Below the pieces are notes generated by a model, which saw nothing but the letters and a program-made list of their open reading frames with translations, made no database searches and had not been told where the DNA came from. Positions 61,751 to 64,000 of a stretch of DNA of 64,000 bases are shown here, piece after piece; within the stretch, counting starts at the first letter, position 1; every line of letters starts with the position of its first letter. The translations under genes were made by a program, and so were the position numbers. Source of the DNA: Psammoneis japonica (taxonomy: Eukaryota); assembly GCA_008632985.1 (NCBI GenBank), contig QPGO01000014.1, positions 248,001-312,000 of the forward strand. Reading direction: 5' to 3'.

Positions 61751-63774
61751 TGGCCAAATGCTTTCAGCCCTTTGCACAACAAATGTTGTTGGGCAAAGGA
61801 GGTGCCCTTTCCTGATTCGAGTTGATCATCAACATCACACATCTTGTGCTTTGCCTCATGTCTTCCAAAGATCTTGCCAAATGCATGCTCTGTTCATGCT
61901 CACTCTTTGTGAAATGGGTGATTTTCTCTTTGAGATCTTTGCACACAGCATTGCAAGCATTGCTTTTTGGTGACAAAGGATGAAACTTCATCTCAGGCTG
62001 AAAGCTTTTCTCACTGCAGGTCTTCTTCTCTTTTGGTTGCAAGATTTGTTGCTCTTGTCACCTCTGCCACACAACCACAACTTTGGCCTTGGTCTCTTCT
62101 GCTTCTTGTTTTGCCCCCTCCTTTGCCACTCATTGTGCAGATGTTCACTGCAGGTTGGCATTTTGCAAGCACTCAATGTGCTGGTGCCAGCAACTCTTTG
62201 GAGCACATGTTGAACTGGCAAGTCAATGTTGCCAAAAGGGAGTCCCACCAGGCTTCCTGTGATTCTCACTTCACTTGTCTTGGCAGTCTGTGTTGTCTGT
62301 GGGTTGGCGCCAAAAGGTGCCTGGATGAACTGCAAACTCATGCAGTGACAGGTGCCTGCTGATGCCAAATGACAGGCCAAATGATTCACTCCAAAGAGTG
62401 AGACAAGCCAAAAGCCAAAGGCAAATGATCAATGATGGTGAGGAGGTCCTCCACCACACAGAGAATCATTCTTTGAGCCACATCAGGGGACAAAACATCT
62501 TTTCTTCAACGCACCCATGGGTCTGTTGCAACTGGCACCCATTTTCTGAAGCAGTGCAAGGTTGGTTGCTTGCTCACTGACAATGCTTGAAAAAACTCAT
62601 CAAGCAACAAGTGGGGGGTGAGAACCTTGAAAATCTTGGCTTGAGCCCTCACAACAACAAAAACTGGCAAGGTGCACTCAAAAACAAGTTCCAACTTGAA
62701 GGCATCAACACATTGAAGCAAGACCATGGGTTTGTGACCTGCCACTTTTGTCAGCATCACATTGTCTCCAAGACACCTTTCTTCAGCATGCACTGCAGCT
62801 GGGCCATGCAGCCAGATTTGTGACAGGATGGAGAAGTCTTGCTTGCCTTCTCCCCTTCTTGTGTGTGTGGGATGATGCACAGTTCAGCTCAGGTGGGTCA
62901 TTTGCAGCTGATGGCAATGCTGCTCCTCCAGATTGTTGACTTCCTTGCAAGAAACATTTTCAAAATGATGAGCCAGCATCTTCTTTTCAACCATGTGCTG
63001 GGGGGTGGCTGCAGCAGGTTGAGCTTTCAAAGCACACCACCACACATCACCATCTCAAGCACTCTGCTGCAAAACTGTGTCTTGTGCGTCAAGTCACTCT
63101 CCCCACACATGTCAGGCACTGCTTTCATGACAAGATCCATGTTGTCATTTTTGAAGTCTGTGACTGCATGCCTGTTGAATGAGCTCCAATGGACAGATGC
63201 TGGGGGCACAGCAGCAACCAAATGAGCTCAGTGTGTGCAAAGTTTTTGTCCTGCACACACCAAACACATTGCTCTCTCTTCAATTTTGAAAGCTGGTGGC
63301 AAGAGCTCCTCCTGGTTGTCAAGCTGCAAGCACAACTTTGGCAGCTCACATGGGGCAGCAACAATGGCGTGGCAGTGGCATGGCCAAGCTGTGCACAAAA
63401 AGCTGACAGAACACCAAAGGTCGACAATGACAGAGGTGTGAAAGACTCCCTAAAGTGCCAGGACTGTGACAACACGAGCACTGGCAGATGAGAAAGTGAG
63501 AAGCAGATCTCAGAGAGATCTGCTCGTCCATCTAAATGGTCCAGCCATCATCCGCATCCAGTCTGTCCATCCTGTGGTGGGTGCAGATGGGCTGACACCC
63601 TCCCCTGATCTGCAACATCTCAAGATGGAGAACAGTGCAGATCAAACCAAAGAACATGGATGATGTGAGGAAAAAACAGAGAGACTGGACATGGGACATG
63701 ACAAGTGTCCATGCCCAATGCGCAATCAAGCAAGGGGGCAATTCACAGCAGGGAGGCCACCGCGGAAAAAAATG

Positions 63775-64000
63775 TCAACAGCAGTGTCCCATCATGCGTC
63801 GAGCGTGGCGAGCGTGTGGCACCCAGCCAAGAGCCTTGGCAAGGTCATCGCTGGGGTTGACAATGCCAGGGACATGTCTTGTGACAATCTTGCCCACTTC
63901 CTTCCATTCTTGGATCGCAAAAAACTGGATCTCAATGTGACAGGAGCGCTCGGTCGGAATCGAGTGATTGATGATCTTGATTGCCGATTCGTTGTCAACA
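63775..64000 (-). mobile_element. 3' end of a second Copia pol (RNase H C-terminus); continues beyond window
   Basis: VDNESAIKIINHSIPTERSCHIEIQFFAIQEW...HVPGIVNPSDDLAKALGWVPHARHARRMMGH. Confidence 0.85.

Noticed and set aside
54560..64000. Classical RIP or plain CpG deamination as the full explanation; alternatively a variant genetic code
   Set aside because: RIP increases TpA and CpG decay cannot remove it. The relics have frameshifts and TGA stops at former Arg codons, and the flanking genes use the standard code.

Overview
Eukaryotic nuclear DNA, most likely from a pennate diatom. This rests on plastid-targeting 'xFAP' presequences, short GT-AG introns, and CoDi-like Copia and Ambal-like LINE relics. 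Gene-dense blocks (~1.6-20.6 kb, 31.5-37.1 kb, 47.7-54.3 kb) encode a PPR-like protein, an M50 protease, a rhodanese-DsrE fusion, CBP80, an MFS transporter, a UBAP2/Def1-like protein, an NPP-family hydrolase, two paralogous subtilases, a GPCR-like protein and a GPI-like protein. These blocks alternate with transposon domains. The most striking signal is that the transposon domains (1-1550, ~21670-27620, ~29920-31130, ~37320-46560, ~54560-64000) have almost lost the dinucleotide TpA. It has been converted to TpG or CpA on both strands, so Tyr codons have become Cys/His and TAA/TAG stops have vanished. Tandem-repeat copies, a mutated target-site duplication and a young Harbinger element that has lost TpA but kept CpG show this is directional, region-limited and distinct from ordinary CpG decay. 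It points to a repeat-targeted hypermutation process opposite in direction to fungal RIP. Counts were made by eye, and I cannot confirm whether the phenomenon has been published.
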